The notes under the pieces are model-generated. The model was not told the origin of the DNA. It ran no database searches and saw nothing but the letters and a program-made list of their open reading frames with translations. This document shows positions 39,492 through 50,110 of a DNA stretch of 64,000 nucleotides, piece by piece. Made by a program: the position numbers and the translations under genes. Positions within the stretch are counted from its first letter, which is position 1. Every line of letters starts with the position of its first letter. Source of the stretch: a phage; the sequence record PZ386965.1; one strand, 5' to 3'.

Positions 39492-40048
39492 TCCAATGCT
39501 ATTTTTTTAAATTGTTTTTGTTCTTTCACATTTTTTGTAACTTCTTTGAGAAACTCATCAGTGACCATGGCCTTCAGTTCTTTAAGGACTATTGGCAGCT
39601 TGTTATTTTTTTCAAGGAGCCGCTTATACTCGGTAGCATCATTCATGTTGATTGTGTAACGTTTCATCAACAGTTTGATAACTAGTAACTCTGAAGTGTC
39701 TTCGACTAGTTTAGCCCATTTAGAGAATCGACGACCATGCGGAATTGCCACCATCATATAGTTGAAGTGCGCTTCATCACTTAATTCAGAACCGACTAAG
39801 TTCATCATGTAAACAGCTGGCATACATTCCGGGAACTGTGATAATGAGTTCTCAACCATAAATTTTGAGTAGTCGACCTGAGCAATTGACATAGATTTCT
39901 TTTCATTAATAGCATTAATGATTTTAAAGAATTCATTCTCAGGTTTTTCTTTAAACATATCAGCACATTTTTGAATCGCATCAGCGTCATTAGACTTCCA
40001 TGCAATTTGGTGCTCGTTAAGTTGGACGTCATCATCAAATAAGTTCAT
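39485..40048 (-). CDS. 62: clamp loader small subunit
   Basis: 187 aa, same as T4 gp62; synteny. Confidence 0.85.
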   Translation of the reverse strand: MNLFDDDVQLNEHQIAWKSNDADAIQKCADMFKEKPENEFFKIINAINEKKSMSIAQVDYSKFMVENSLSQFPECMPAVYMMNLVGSELSDEAHFNYMMVAIPHGRRFSKWAKLVEDTSELLVIKLLMKRYTINMNDATEYKRLLEKNNKLPIVLKELKAMVTDEFLKEVTKNVKEQKQFKKIALEW

Positions 40049-40049
40049 A

Positions 40050-41012
40050 TTATTTCCAAGTCAGTTCGCAGGTCAGTTGAAGAAGCATATACATAACATG
40101 TAATTCAATATTACTTGCTAATCCATGAAACTTATTATTTTCGCCTGCAATTTCATAAAGCGAAATAATACTTTTACCAGGTGCAACTTGGTCATAACAT
40201 TCTGAAACTAATTTATCGATGAACCATGAATAATCTGCAGCATATTTTGGAGCTAATGCACGAAGTTGTTTGATATCTTTGTTCTTCATTGCTTCGATAA
40301 CATCAGAGACTGTGCCACGGTCATTAGTTACGATAGACAAAATACCTGCATCAAGAACACCTTTAGACGAGTACTGGTCTAATTGACCAATTGTACGACG
40401 AAAGTCCGGGAAGTTCTTTTTAACCAGAGCTGCAACAACTTTCATATCAGCGATTTCGATATTTTCATTCTTACAGATTTCAACCATACGATGAATCATT
40501 TTCTTCATCATCGAGATTTTATCTTCTTCGGTTGGACGTCCGAATTCGATAACTCGACAACGACTACGTAATGGTTCAATAATTCCATCGATGTTGTTAG
40601 CAGTAATAACAATAGAGCAGTTACTAGAGAATTCTTCCATAAACGTACGAAGGTGACGTTGTGATTCGGCGAGGCCACTACGGTCAAATTCATCAATAAC
40701 AATAACTTTAGGCTTGCCTTCCATTGAGACTGAACGAGCGAATGCAGTTAACGGACCACGCACAAAATCAATCTTACAATCAGAACCGTTGACGAACATC
40801 ATTTCGGCATTGATATCATTACATAATGCTTTTGCTACGGTTGTTTTACCTGTACCAGGAGAAGGAGAGTGCAAAATAATATGAGGAAGTTTTCCTTTAG
40901 ATACTAAAGACTTGAATGTTTCATGGTCATACGCAGGCAGAATACATTCGTCAATGGAAGAAGGACGATATTTCTGTTCTAGAATGTGTTCTTTAGAATT
41001 GATAGTAATCAT
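40050..41012 (-). CDS. 44: clamp loader large subunit (AAA+)
   Basis: 320 aa; Walker [11 protein letters not shown]. Confidence 0.9.
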   Translation of the reverse strand: MITINSKEHILEQKYRPSSIDECILPAYDHETFKSLVSKGKLPHIILHSPSPGTGKTTVAKALCNDINAEMMFVNGSDCKIDFVRGPLTAFARSVSMEGKPKVIVIDEFDRSGLAESQRHLRTFMEEFSSNCSIVITANNIDGIIEPLRSRCRVIEFGRPTEEDKISMMKKMIHRMVEICKNENIEIADMKVVAALVKKNFPDFRRTIGQLDQYSSKGVLDAGILSIVTNDRGTVSDVIEAMKNKDIKQLRALAPKYAADYSWFIDKLVSECYDQVAPGKSIISLYEIAGENNKFHGLASNIELHVMYMLLQLTCELTWK

Positions 41013-41087
41013 GTAATTTTCCTCATTATCATTAAACTGGAGGATTTCTCCTCCATAATCGTATCACAATAAACGTAAAGCTTTGAC

Positions 41088-41774
41088 TTAGAAGTCGTGA
41101 GTAGAATCGGCTTCCATCGCAATAACATAACTTACTTGAGAGCTTTCAAACTTAGCTGCAACTTTATCACCAGCTCCCCACAACATTACTTTATAGTTAC
41201 CTGGCTGGATTTTCATATTAGCCATATTGATTACGAAGTTAAAGTTGTTAGAACCATCATAATCAGTAAGAGTCAAAGAATACTTAGGACGAGTTAGACC
41301 AGAATCTTCAACTTTATTATAACCATTGATAACAATTTTACCATCTTTATTTGTAATAGCAATTGTATCAATCTGAAGACCACGTGAAACTCGAAGCAAT
41401 TGTTGAAGGTCTTCAGCTTTAATTTCAGTAATCACAGAAGCCACTGGGAATTGAATTGGCTTATTAGGAAAAACAATGGTGCTCTTGTCAGCGGCAGGCC
41501 AATAAACCGTGGAACGTGTATCTGCAATTTTAATATTGCCATCGGTGTGCATTGAAATTTCGGCATCATCAGACACTAGACTCAAAATGCTTAAGAAGCT
41601 ATTCAAATCATAAAGTGCTACGTCAAAATCAATTTCATCAGAGATATTTGCTTCCGCATAAGTGGTGCCATTAACTGCACGAGTCATAATAAATTTACCT
41701 TGACTCAGCAGAATGCCGGAGTTAATAGAGGCAAAGTTTTTCAGAATAGCGATAGTATCTTTAGACAGTTTCAT
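41088..41774 (-). CDS. 45: sliding clamp
   Basis: starts MKLSKDT at internal Met; near-identical blocks to T4 gp45. Confidence 0.9.
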   Translation of the reverse strand: MKLSKDTIAILKNFASINSGILLSQGKFIMTRAVNGTTYAEANISDEIDFDVALYDLNSFLSILSLVSDDAEISMHTDGNIKIADTRSTVYWPAADKSTIVFPNKPIQFPVASVITEIKAEDLQQLLRVSRGLQIDTIAITNKDGKIVINGYNKVEDSGLTRPKYSLTLTDYDGSNNFNFVINMANMKIQPGNYKVMLWGAGDKVAAKFESSQVSYVIAMEADSTHDF

Positions 41775-41816
41775 TTTATTTCCTTTCAAGACAATTCAAA
41801 GTTTATAACAAATTTA

Positions 41817-42233
41817 TTATGCAGCAACCATTTGCTTTTTGATAGCTTCAGGCAGTGATTCAATATATTCTGGAATTTTAGAAGCAACAATTTCGCCAGC
41901 TGCAATTAGTTGTTCGTCGGCATCAACACAATAGAAATCTTCCAGACGCTCAGAACCATCTTTATCAAGAACGATTTTTCCACCTGCTTCAATAGAATCT
42001 TTATAGTGCTTACGCATCAGATGAATCCACATATCAGATACATCGTTATCAATAAAACCATAAATCATAAAACGAGTTTCTTGTGGCAAAGATTGAAGCT
42101 TTTTAGCACTTGCGTCATCACAATGCAGGACCCATGCTTTACGAACACGATTATGGTTATGCGGGTTAGCGTCAGTACGGATAGAAGTAACTTTCAGATC
42201 AGCAGCGGTAAAACCTTTAGCAGTAGTAAACAT
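41817..42233 (-). CDS. rpbA: RNA polymerase binding protein RpbA-like
   Basis: 138 aa at T4 rpbA position. Confidence 0.55.
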   Translation of the reverse strand: MFTTAKGFTAADLKVTSIRTDANPHNHNRVRKAWVLHCDDASAKKLQSLPQETRFMIYGFIDNDVSDMWIHLMRKHYKDSIEAGGKIVLDKDGSERLEDFYCVDADEQLIAAGEIVASKIPEYIESLPEAIKKQMVAA

Positions 42234-42245
42234 ATTATTTCTCTC

Positions 42246-42437
42246 TTATTCGTAGAAGTCAGTAACTGTCCATGCGGAATTGCGATTAGACATTATTTTA
42301 TTATACTCATCTTTAAAAGCAGATTTGAGCATTTGTTCAGTAACAATATGTTCTTCACCTGAAAACGTATTGGTCAAAACATATTTTTTAATTTCAGGGA
42401 CAACGAGAAGATGTTGTCCGGTTGAATACTCCGCCAT
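42246..42437 (-). CDS. 45.2-like small protein
   Basis: 63 aa ORF. Confidence 0.5.
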   Translation of the reverse strand: MAEYSTGQHLLVVPEIKKYVLTNTFSGEEHIVTEQMLKSAFKDEYNKIMSNRNSAWTVTDFYE

Positions 42438-42461
42438 TATAAATCTCCGTGTTTAAAGCAA

Positions 42462-42469
42462 TATAAATA
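42462..42469 (+). promoter_or_regulatory. late promoter (TATAAATA) for HNH endonuclease gene
   Basis: exact TATAAATA on plus strand about 45 nt upstream of ATG at 42515. Confidence 0.55.
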
Positions 42470-42514
42470 GGTTTATCAATTTATCTGTTGCTGTATCAAA
42501 TAAGGATTTAGTAA

Positions 42515-43231
42515 ATGAATTATAACTCAATATACGAAAAGCTTATTACCAATGCTAAATCAAGAAGTTTAGATGGTTATACAGAACGTCATCACATTAT
42601 ACCACAATGTTTAGGTGGAAGTGATGATGCTTCAAACTTAGTAGACTTAACACCAGAAGAACATTATTTGGCACATCAACTGTTGGTAAAAATCTATCCA
42701 GATAATGCCTCTTTAATATACGCTGCTCGTATGATGACCATATCATCTCCTAAAGCAGATAGAAGCAAAAACAAATTATTTGGATGGCTTCGTCGTAAGA
42801 ATCAAGAAGTTCAAAAGAACAAAGAATTCACGGCTGAAACCCGTAAGAAAATGTCCGAGTCTGCAAAAAATAAACCAAAGATTACCTGTCCACATTGTGG
42901 TTTAACTGGAACTGAAGGAAACATGCGTCGTTGGCATTTTGATAATTGTAAACAAGGTCCAACGCCTAAAATAGTAAAATTATCTGATGATGAAAAACAG
43001 AGGATAAGTTCTAAACTTAAAACAATAGAGTGGAAACTCCACACATGTGTACACTGTGGTCTAGAAGGAAAAGCTTGCAATATAGTTCCTCATGAGAAAA
43101 ACTGCAAACTTAATCCTAATAGAATAAAACCTAATGTAACAATAGTGGAATGTCCATACTGCTCTAAAAGTGGTTCTATATCAAATATGAAAAGATGGCA
43201 TTTCGATAATTGTAAATATAAGCCTCATTAA
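42515..43231 (+). CDS. free-standing HNH homing endonuclease with three Zn-finger-like repeats
   Basis: HNH motif ERHHIIPQCLGG..SNLV..EEH..AH; three C-x2-C...H-x-D-N-C repeats; SD AAGGA; opposite strand. Confidence 0.75.
   Translation: MNYNSIYEKLITNAKSRSLDGYTERHHIIPQCLGGSDDASNLVDLTPEEHYLAHQLLVKIYPDNASLIYAARMMTISSPKADRSKNKLFGWLRRKNQEVQKNKEFTAETRKKMSESAKNKPKITCPHCGLTGTEGNMRRWHFDNCKQGPTPKIVKLSDDEKQRISSKLKTIEWKLHTCVHCGLEGKACNIVPHEKNCKLNPNRIKPNVTIVECPYCSKSGSISNMKRWHFDNCKYKPH
42515..43231 (+). mobile_element. probable mobile homing-endonuclease insertion between 45.2 and 46
   Basis: single opposite-strand gene in a conserved replication-gene block. Confidence 0.45.
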
Positions 43232-44916
43232 GAGGCTTTCATCACAGTAAATCGTCCAACTTTGCTCATTTGAAGATGTTGTCCATAAGCTTGTGGGTCA
43301 TGGTCTCTGTGACTAATTATAAACACGTTTGCATCGGTTAGAGAGTTAAGAATTGTTGAAATAGCTTTAATACCTTCAGAATCAGTCGCGGAATCCATGA
43401 CTTCGTCCATAATTAATGTATTGATTCTAACACCAGAGACCTTTTCAGCAATATCTCGCCATGTAAACAACAATGCGATATCGATACGTGCCTTTTCACC
43501 TTGACTAAATGAAGCATAACTGAACTCTTCACGGCCACGTGATTTTATAGATTCATTGAATTCTTCATCAATAGAAAACACGTAATCAGCTTCCATGATT
43601 TTAAGGTAATGGTTAATCTGCTTGTTGAACAGAGGCACATATTTTTTAATGATAGCACCTTTAATACCAGAATCTTTTAACATATCTGTGATAATACCAC
43701 GATGGTATTTTTCAAGAACGATATCTGATTTTGTTTTAATGATTTTATCAAGTTCTTTTTGAAGCAAAGCTATCTCATCGGCATGGTCGATAAATTCCGC
43801 CGAGGCTTGTTCTATTGCAGCTTTAACTTTCTTAGCTTTATCAATAGTGGCAATCATTGCTTGTTTCTTGGTACGAATATCAGATGCAAGGTCCTGTTTA
43901 GTCTTAACATTAGCTCTATATTCGTCCACTAGGACACTCAGATTATCTCTGTGACATGTAAGTTGCTCGAATGAGTGATTACATTCATGAAGCTTATCGG
44001 TAATCTTAGAGACAATAGGATCACCCTGGTGCAACTGTGATGCACAAGTAGGACATGTACCGCCATCATGATACATCTTAATAACTTTGTTATATGAGTC
44101 AATTTTAGATTTAATCAAGAATGCTTCTTGTCCGATCTTGTTGAATGCCTCAGTAGGGTCTTCGTCAAGAACGATATTAAGTAGACGCTCATTAGCTTCT
44201 TCGATTTCTGCTTTTAATGAACGAGCTTCTTTGGCTAGGTCGTCATACATATTCTGTAGACGCGCTACATTATCACCAGATAATTTCTTTTGACGTTCGA
44301 TATTCTCGTTATAAATCTTAATTTGTTGGATAACACCATCTTTCTTGGCATCGAGAACTTGTCCCTGGGAATTAAGTTCTCGAACTTGAGACTTATTGAT
44401 TTTATCCATTTCAGCAAGTGTGCCGACTTCTAAAAGGTCTTCGACAAGTTTTCTACGAGCAGGGGTGCTAAGAGCCATGAAAGGGGTATACCCTGCCGTC
44501 CCAAGCACAACGATCTGTTTAAAAGACGCGTATGACATTCCGATGCTACGTTCAAATTCTTCTTGGAAGTCACGACTGCTGGCAGATTCATCGAGACGAA
44601 CACCGTCAACGGAGATTTCGAAAATATTGGGCTTTTGGCCACGTTTAATGAAGTATTTTTTATCATCGAATTCCATCCAAAGCTCAACTAAGAGCTCTTT
44701 CTTGTTCGTGCTATTAATGATTTGTCCTTTCTTAACATCACGAAATGGTTTACCGAAAAGTCCGAAAGTAATGGCTTCTAACATCGTAGATTTACCACCG
44801 CCATTTTTACCAGTGATTAATGTTTTTTGGACTTTATCTAATTGGATATCAATAGGATTCCCACCTACCGACATGATGTTTTGATAACGAACACGATTTA
44901 ATTTAAATGATTTCAT
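43228..44916 (-). CDS. 46: recombination endonuclease subunit (Rad50/SbcC-like)
   Basis: 562 aa; Walker A GKNGGGKST, coiled coil, C-terminal D-loop region. Confidence 0.9.
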   Translation of the reverse strand: MKSFKLNRVRYQNIMSVGGNPIDIQLDKVQKTLITGKNGGGKSTMLEAITFGLFGKPFRDVKKGQIINSTNKKELLVELWMEFDDKKYFIKRGQKPNIFEISVDGVRLDESASSRDFQEEFERSIGMSYASFKQIVVLGTAGYTPFMALSTPARRKLVEDLLEVGTLAEMDKINKSQVRELNSQGQVLDAKKDGVIQQIKIYNENIERQKKLSGDNVARLQNMYDDLAKEARSLKAEIEEANERLLNIVLDEDPTEAFNKIGQEAFLIKSKIDSYNKVIKMYHDGGTCPTCASQLHQGDPIVSKITDKLHECNHSFEQLTCHRDNLSVLVDEYRANVKTKQDLASDIRTKKQAMIATIDKAKKVKAAIEQASAEFIDHADEIALLQKELDKIIKTKSDIVLEKYHRGIITDMLKDSGIKGAIIKKYVPLFNKQINHYLKIMEADYVFSIDEEFNESIKSRGREEFSYASFSQGEKARIDIALLFTWRDIAEKVSGVRINTLIMDEVMDSATDSEGIKAISTILNSLTDANVFIISHRDHDPQAYGQHLQMSKVGRFTVMKAS

Positions 44917-45152
44917 ATGTATTCTCTTCGAATGAAGTCCTCTACATATTTTAACATGTCATCTCTATCAGCAAAATACTCATCTAGTTCTGCATACATA
45001 ACAACACCTGGTGCGTACTCACAGGTAACATACATTGTTCCAAAGAAACGAGGAGTTGTCTCCTCGTAATTCTCAGTCCATTCAACGATACCAATATAAC
45101 CGTCACCAATACTAAATTCGTGACGATGGATTTCATAGTCAGTCTTCGTCAT
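44913..45152 (-). CDS. hypothetical protein (46.1 position)
   Basis: ORF; start likely internal Met. Confidence 0.45.
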   Translation of the reverse strand: MTKTDYEIHRHEFSIGDGYIGIVEWTENYEETTPRFFGTMYVTCEYAPGVVMYAELDEYFADRDDMLKYVEDFIRREYI

Positions 45153-45396
45153 TATACGCATCCTCGATACACGCTTCAGCCATTTTAAGAATAGAGCCAG
45201 GAGTATCATTGTCCATTATATTAAAGCTAAATTCAATAGCCCAGTCGGTACAGACATGAACGGCTTTAACTTCATTGCCTTCAACGCGTAATGGCTCAAT
45301 CCAATACTTGATAGTGTTCTCGAATCCATCATCATCTTTAACGTCTATTTCAACTTCAAGCCCGAGCCCAGCATTATTAAATTCATCTAAAGTCAT
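45139..45396 (-). CDS. hypothetical acidic protein, 85 aa
   Basis: ORF. Confidence 0.45.
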   Translation of the reverse strand: MTLDEFNNAGLGLEVEIDVKDDDGFENTIKYWIEPLRVEGNEVKAVHVCTDWAIEFSFNIMDNDTPGSILKMAEACIEDAYNDED

Positions 45397-46412
45397 TGTG
45401 TTGCCTCAATATAAAGTTCGTTGGAATATTTGACCAGCGCTTCTCTGTCTTCGTCTGAGATATCTGGAATAGCGTCAATATATTCTTTAATGATATCTTG
45501 AAGTGATTTAATCTCGATTTCCTGGTCATCATCAGATTCAACACTGTTATCAACTTTAGAAACCATACGAAGAGAGTGAACTACTTTTTCAAGTTCAGAT
45601 TCAAACTTAGTCAACTCTGAATCAATTTCTGATACTATAACACGTACGGCTAGATTAGTATAATCAGAATAATTGATTTTGCCTTTAAATGGATAAGTGA
45701 TTCGTCGATGCCATGTTGTTTCATTAGGAATAAATTCCATACGTTCAACATCAGTGTCAAATACCCAGAATCCACGTGGGTCGTTCTCGTCACCTGCAGT
45801 AAGGGTCCATGGTGTCCCAATATATTTGACGTTAGCAGCTTCAGAGATTGTGTGGAAGTGGCCGGACCAGACTTGTTTATAGGTCTTTAAGAAATCAGGT
45901 TCAAGCCCATGGGACTTCATTCCTTTATAGAAATAAAAGCCGTTCAGTTCCCAGTGACCAACACAATACGCAGCAGAAGAAGTCTTGATGTGCTCTAAGA
46001 TTTCACCTGTATTTTCTTCACACATCCATGGAACGATATCAATCAGACATCCGTCAAAATCTACAGTAGTTGGATGCTCGTAAATAGTAAAGTTTTCAAA
46101 TTGAGTTAACAATTCAGAAACAGTGTTAGGTGTTATTGTATTCTTAAACGCCATGTCATGGTTTCCTATCGTGACATGAACGTGAATGCCTGCTTTAGAA
46201 ATCATATCAACGATTTCACGATTGAATTCCATTGTACGATGTGTTATTGCTTTACGGACGTCAAACCAATCACCGTACTGAATCCAAGTTTTAATCCCGT
46301 GTTTCTTAGAGTATTCAATTGCTTGTCGAATACCATCACGTTGAATATCTTGAACCCATGGGTCGTCTTGTTTGACTCCGATATGGAAGTCGCCTAAGTG
46401 CAAAATTTTCAT
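45393..46412 (-). CDS. 47: recombination endonuclease subunit (Mre11/SbcD-like)
   Basis: 339 aa; MKILHLGDFHIG phosphoesterase motif I. Confidence 0.9.
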   Translation of the reverse strand: MKILHLGDFHIGVKQDDPWVQDIQRDGIRQAIEYSKKHGIKTWIQYGDWFDVRKAITHRTMEFNREIVDMISKAGIHVHVTIGNHDMAFKNTITPNTVSELLTQFENFTIYEHPTTVDFDGCLIDIVPWMCEENTGEILEHIKTSSAAYCVGHWELNGFYFYKGMKSHGLEPDFLKTYKQVWSGHFHTISEAANVKYIGTPWTLTAGDENDPRGFWVFDTDVERMEFIPNETTWHRRITYPFKGKINYSDYTNLAVRVIVSEIDSELTKFESELEKVVHSLRMVSKVDNSVESDDDQEIEIKSLQDIIKEYIDAIPDISDEDREALVKYSNELYIEATQ

Positions 46413-46454
46413 ATTATTTCCTCATTAGTTAATTCATTCTATCATCCGTTTATA

Positions 46455-46482
46455 AAGCAAAAAAGGAACTCCGAAGAGTTCC
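46455..46482 (-). terminator. intrinsic terminator upstream of gene 47
   Basis: GGAACTC-ttcg-GAGTTCC hairpin plus TTTTTTGCTTT. Confidence 0.6.
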
Positions 46483-46655
46483 TATCCACATAGTACACCA
46501 TACAGAGGCTCATTTGAACTTTTAAATCGAATTGGCTTGTATGTAATAGTTCCTTCGGCTTTAGCTTTATCATAAGACTCTTTAAAACGTCTCATTCTTT
46601 CTGCTTTGCCTTTACGGATTTTATCAAAATTTTCAGAAGTCGGGATGTTCGTCAT
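46482..46655 (-). CDS. small basic protein, 57 aa
   Basis: SD GAGAGGTG; ends in terminator hairpin. Confidence 0.3.
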   Translation of the reverse strand: MTNIPTSENFDKIRKGKAERMRRFKESYDKAKAEGTITYKPIRFKSSNEPLYGVLCG

Positions 46656-46694
46656 GCATAAGCACCTCTCAGAAAATGCCTAAATCGATTTCTC

Positions 46695-46916
46695 TCATCG
46701 TTTCCACCATTTCTTAACTTGAAATGAATCAACCCACACGAGTTGTTTTGGGTCTGCCTTTACAATAGGCGGACAAATTTCTGTAATAGAACCGTCGTGA
46801 TATTCCTTTTCGGAAATTTTAACACAAAGAGGACCACCCAATTTAATGGTGAACCCTGCGTTCAGCTTCAGACGTTTAAACTTTGTTTGAACTAGCGCCA
46901 TTAATGATGTCCTCAA
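46695..46916 (-). CDS. hypothetical protein, 73 aa
   Basis: ORF; start uncertain. Confidence 0.4.
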   Translation of the reverse strand: MRTSLMALVQTKFKRLKLNAGFTIKLGGPLCVKISEKEYHDGSITEICPPIVKADPKQLVWVDSFQVKKWWKR

Positions 46917-47199
46917 TAGCTTGACGAGTAGTAACCCACTGGATTTTAATTAACTTGTCATTATATGGTTGTCGTAGAATATCCCGAGATTTCTTAATAG
47001 CATATTCGTAAGCTTCGAAGTTGTTTTGAATTGCTGCTTCTTGAGCATGAGCATAAAGACGGTTTAGTTCAAAACGGTTCTTTTTAAGAATCTTTTCGGA
47101 TTTTTTACGTGCTTCAGCTTCATTTTTCTTTTGGATTTCTTGTAGCATTTTAGCTACTGCATCTTCTGCTTCTTTATTTTCAATAATCTCGGTAGTCAT
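46876..47199 (-). CDS. hypothetical protein, 107 aa
   Basis: ORF. Confidence 0.5.
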   Translation of the reverse strand: MTTEIIENKEAEDAVAKMLQEIQKKNEAEARKKSEKILKKNRFELNRLYAHAQEAAIQNNFEAYEYAIKKSRDILRQPYNDKLIKIQWVTTRQAIEDIINGASSNKV

Positions 47200-47200
47200 A

Positions 47201-47416
47201 TTATCTCATTAAATTAAAATAAAAACGTCCGTCCTCTTCAATACAGAACTCGTACTCAACTGGAGTCCCATTTATCGAAAATGACACGTCATGCGGGTTC
47301 AAAGGGTCGATGTCAAAATTAATTTTAAATTCTCGACCCAACAGTTTTACCAAATAAGGGATTGCTTCGTCAAAAGGTTCTTCTAAGTAGTTAGAGATGT
47401 CAATTGTCATCCTCAT
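47201..47416 (-). CDS. hypothetical protein, about 70 aa
   Basis: start at internal Met just after gene 55 stop. Confidence 0.4.
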   Translation of the reverse strand: MRMTIDISNYLEEPFDEAIPYLVKLLGREFKINFDIDPLNPHDVSFSINGTPVEYEFCIEEDGRFYFNLMR

Positions 47417-47975
47417 ATAAAAAATCCAAACTAGGCGAATCGCTAACAACTTCCTTCTTTTCAGCCCCAGGAGCTTTATAAGCGGATTCTTCATAATGCG
47501 TCATTTTATCGTAGATGTCTTGAATAAACGTTTCATCTACCAACGCTACCATATCATCGTCATGACTGTCGTAGACATTATGAACGAAGTAACTATATTT
47601 CTTTGCAACTTCCTTACGTTCTTTTTTGATACGTTGGACAAAAGCATTAAAACAAGCTCGAGTTATGTATGCATGTGGGTTATTGTACTTAGTTTCGTCG
47701 AAATTATGAAGTCCCTTAATAGAGGCTTCAATCCCATCTGCAATCATCTCCTGCTTCCAAGACTGGGTATATCCTGAAAAGTTGAAACGTTTGGACAGGC
47801 CTTCGGCGATAAGCATAATTGCTAAACCGATGGTATCATTCTGACGAATAATTTTGTTTGGGTCTTTATTATTTAAGAGCTCCTTTTTCCACTCGATTAT
47901 AGCGGCGAGAAGCTCTTTATTATTCACATAGTTATTTTTAGGTTTTTGTTCAGTCATAAGTACCTCTTGGCTCAA
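47400..47975 (-). CDS. 55: late sigma factor
   Basis: 191 aa; long identical blocks to T4 gp55 ([52 protein letters not shown]). Confidence 0.9.
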   Translation of the reverse strand: MSQEVLMTEQKPKNNYVNNKELLAAIIEWKKELLNNKDPNKIIRQNDTIGLAIMLIAEGLSKRFNFSGYTQSWKQEMIADGIEASIKGLHNFDETKYNNPHAYITRACFNAFVQRIKKERKEVAKKYSYFVHNVYDSHDDDMVALVDETFIQDIYDKMTHYEESAYKAPGAEKKEVVSDSPSLDFLYEDDN

Positions 47976-48029
47976 TTCATAGGTCTATTATATCATAATA
48001 TTTAGAGGCCTATCTTAAAGCACGAGATA

Positions 48030-48299
48030 CTATCGGAGCAAACAATACGCCTGGAATACTTTTTCCATTAAACGTTTGAACTCATGTATATCAATATAAA
48101 GCTCGGTTAATCCAGCTCCATAAAGAAAATCTAAAAAGTTCTCATGTGTTTCGTTATAGTCGCCTTCGTTTAATTGAGATACATGAGTTTCCCAAAAACC
48201 GACACCTTTAACAAATGGAAAATACGTAACTTTCATAAAGTTGTCGACGTAAAATTCGCCCAGCTTTTCTTCAGTTATACTGATTCGAGTTAATTTCAT
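48030..48299 (-). CDS. hypothetical protein, 89 aa
   Basis: ORF. Confidence 0.45.
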   Translation of the reverse strand: MKLTRISITEEKLGEFYVDNFMKVTYFPFVKGVGFWETHVSQLNEGDYNETHENFLDFLYGAGLTELYIDIHEFKRLMEKVFQAYCLLR

Positions 48300-48523
48300 T
48301 CTAGTTCCTTTGCCGCTTCAAGAGCAGCATCCAATGAATCAAATTGGTCAACGAAATCAATATTCAACGCATCGTCAACCGTAGCATATAACCACCATTG
48401 TTTGAATTCGTATTCTAGAATAAATCCAAGCCCTTCAATCTGAGAAAGACCTAGACTATTTGTACCAACTTCGTAACCAGCTAGACGCAGGTCATTAATC
48501 AAAGCTTCTGTTAATACGCTCAT
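48296..48523 (-). CDS. hypothetical acidic protein, 75 aa
   Basis: ORF. Confidence 0.45.
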   Translation of the reverse strand: MSVLTEALINDLRLAGYEVGTNSLGLSQIEGLGFILEYEFKQWWLYATVDDALNIDFVDQFDSLDAALEAAKELE

Positions 48524-48852
48524 TTTACCGCCTTAACAATTTTCAGGTCAACGAATTTTTTCTTACGTTGATTTTTCATACGACGGATAGTCTTTTCAGA
48601 GATTTCATGTTTCTGATAAGCTTTAGATTCAACACCAAATGCAGCAACGTCAAATTCAGAAAGAATATATTGTACTAGAATTTCACGAATAGAATTACGT
48701 CCAATTTTCTGGTCGTGTTTTTGCATGATTTCATAAAGACGGAATTCCCAGGCGTCAAGAACTTGAGGAGTAACAATATTGCCAGATTCCAGAAGAGCAA
48801 CAACTTTATCGAAAGCGAAAGAATTAACTACGTTTTTGATTTTAGTAGACAT
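48520..48852 (-). CDS. hypothetical protein, about 110 aa
   Basis: start at internal Met downstream of a hairpin-type promoter. Confidence 0.45.
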   Translation of the reverse strand: MSTKIKNVVNSFAFDKVVALLESGNIVTPQVLDAWEFRLYEIMQKHDQKIGRNSIREILVQYILSEFDVAAFGVESKAYQKHEISEKTIRRMKNQRKKKFVDLKIVKAVK

Positions 48853-48918
48853 ATTATTTTCCTCGGTTATTTTATTATCCAACGAGAGAATTATACTCAT
48901 CTCTCAAGAGTTTGTATA

Positions 48919-49158
48919 TTATTTTTTAAGCATGAAAAGTAAGTAATTTGTATCACGTGGAGTAATATCAACACCCATATCAAAGATGCCTTTATAGATT
49001 GGGTATTTGTTTTCGGTTGTATCGAAGCTGAAACTATTTCCATCACAACTAACAGTAATAGCATCTGTTAAAATGTCATACTCAATCCTAACAATTGAAT
49101 CCCCAATTTTAACGTCGAGGTGTTTTTTGAATTTGATAAAATCTAATTCTTGGGCCAT
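48919..49158 (-). CDS. hypothetical protein, 79 aa
   Basis: ORF. Confidence 0.45.
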   Translation of the reverse strand: MAQELDFIKFKKHLDVKIGDSIVRIEYDILTDAITVSCDGNSFSFDTTENKYPIYKGIFDMGVDITPRDTNYLLFMLKK

Positions 49159-49221
49159 GATATTTTCCTCATTTTAAGACGATAGGAAGATAATAACATG
49201 TCTTCCTATCGTTGTACATTA

Positions 49222-49422
49222 TTAACCGAACTTTTTAGCGCCTTTCCAGCCTTCGTACATAACTGCACAAGTCAATAGTACAGCATGTTGGCATTCTTTG
49301 TATTTGTAAATCCAGAACCAGCGTAAGAAGTCTTCATCCTCAACACCATTGAGTTTCATGTTGGCAAAGAATTCGGCACGTTCTTCACGAAGCTTTTGCG
49401 ATAACATAGATTCAGGATTCAT
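49222..49422 (-). CDS. hypothetical protein, about 66 aa
   Basis: ORF. Confidence 0.4.
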   Translation of the reverse strand: MNPESMLSQKLREERAEFFANMKLNGVEDEDFLRWFWIYKYKECQHAVLLTCAVMYEGWKGAKKFG

Positions 49423-49553
49423 TTTATATTCCATGCCCCATTTTCATCGATGAACTTAATCCAGTCATTTACAGACCATTTAGTTGTATCACCCTTTGGA
49501 TTAACATTTAAAGTATATAATCCCTGCTTAAAAAGCATTCGTTTGATATTCAT
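49419..49553 (-). CDS. hypothetical protein, about 44 aa
   Basis: SD GAGGAA; internal Met start. Confidence 0.35.
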   Translation of the reverse strand: MNIKRMLFKQGLYTLNVNPKGDTTKWSVNDWIKFIDENGAWNIK

Positions 49554-49560
49554 AATTTCC

Positions 49561-49854
49561 TCAACTGTAACGATAACATTCGTTAGCTTTACGTTTGGCT
49601 TCAGTATGAGAAGTATTATAATCATACTCTTCTTTACTGTAAACATCTTTTTTCAACTTACGAACTTCTTTGCGGAGTTGTCGATTCATTTCATTCTTGA
49701 CTTCAGAATCAACACCTTTCATACGTTTCCATTTATCTGAGCGGAAGATGTTTTCAACCATGTCTTTGTGGCTAACACCATCAGGAGCTTTACGCTTACC
49801 AAAATAGTCGTAATCGCGAACTTTCAAATCTTTACGACGATATGTTTTACCCAT
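49561..49854 (-). CDS. hypothetical basic protein, about 97 aa
   Basis: SD GAGGT upstream of internal Met. Confidence 0.4.
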   Translation of the reverse strand: MGKTYRRKDLKVRDYDYFGKRKAPDGVSHKDMVENIFRSDKWKRMKGVDSEVKNEMNRQLRKEVRKLKKDVYSKEEYDYNTSHTEAKRKANECYRYS

Positions 49855-49861
49855 AAGTACC

Positions 49862-50110
49862 TCAGAGGTTGATTGATACAATGCGTTTGATAAAATTCAC
49901 TTCACTTACTGAAAGGTCTTTAAGACCGATTGATTCTAAACGCTGAGTAAGCGTCAACATCGGGATATAATCCCAATGAGTTTTATTTGCTTGATAAGTA
50001 CGAACGCCATTAGCAATTTCAACATGCAAATCTGAAATGGTAACGAATACCAGACGCTCATCATTAACTTTAAGGGTTAGAACAACTTTCTTTGAATCTA
50101 AACTAATCAT
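49862..50110 (-). CDS. hypothetical protein, 82 aa
   Basis: ORF. Confidence 0.45.
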   Translation of the reverse strand: MISLDSKKVVLTLKVNDERLVFVTISDLHVEIANGVRTYQANKTHWDYIPMLTLTQRLESIGLKDLSVSEVNFIKRIVSINL

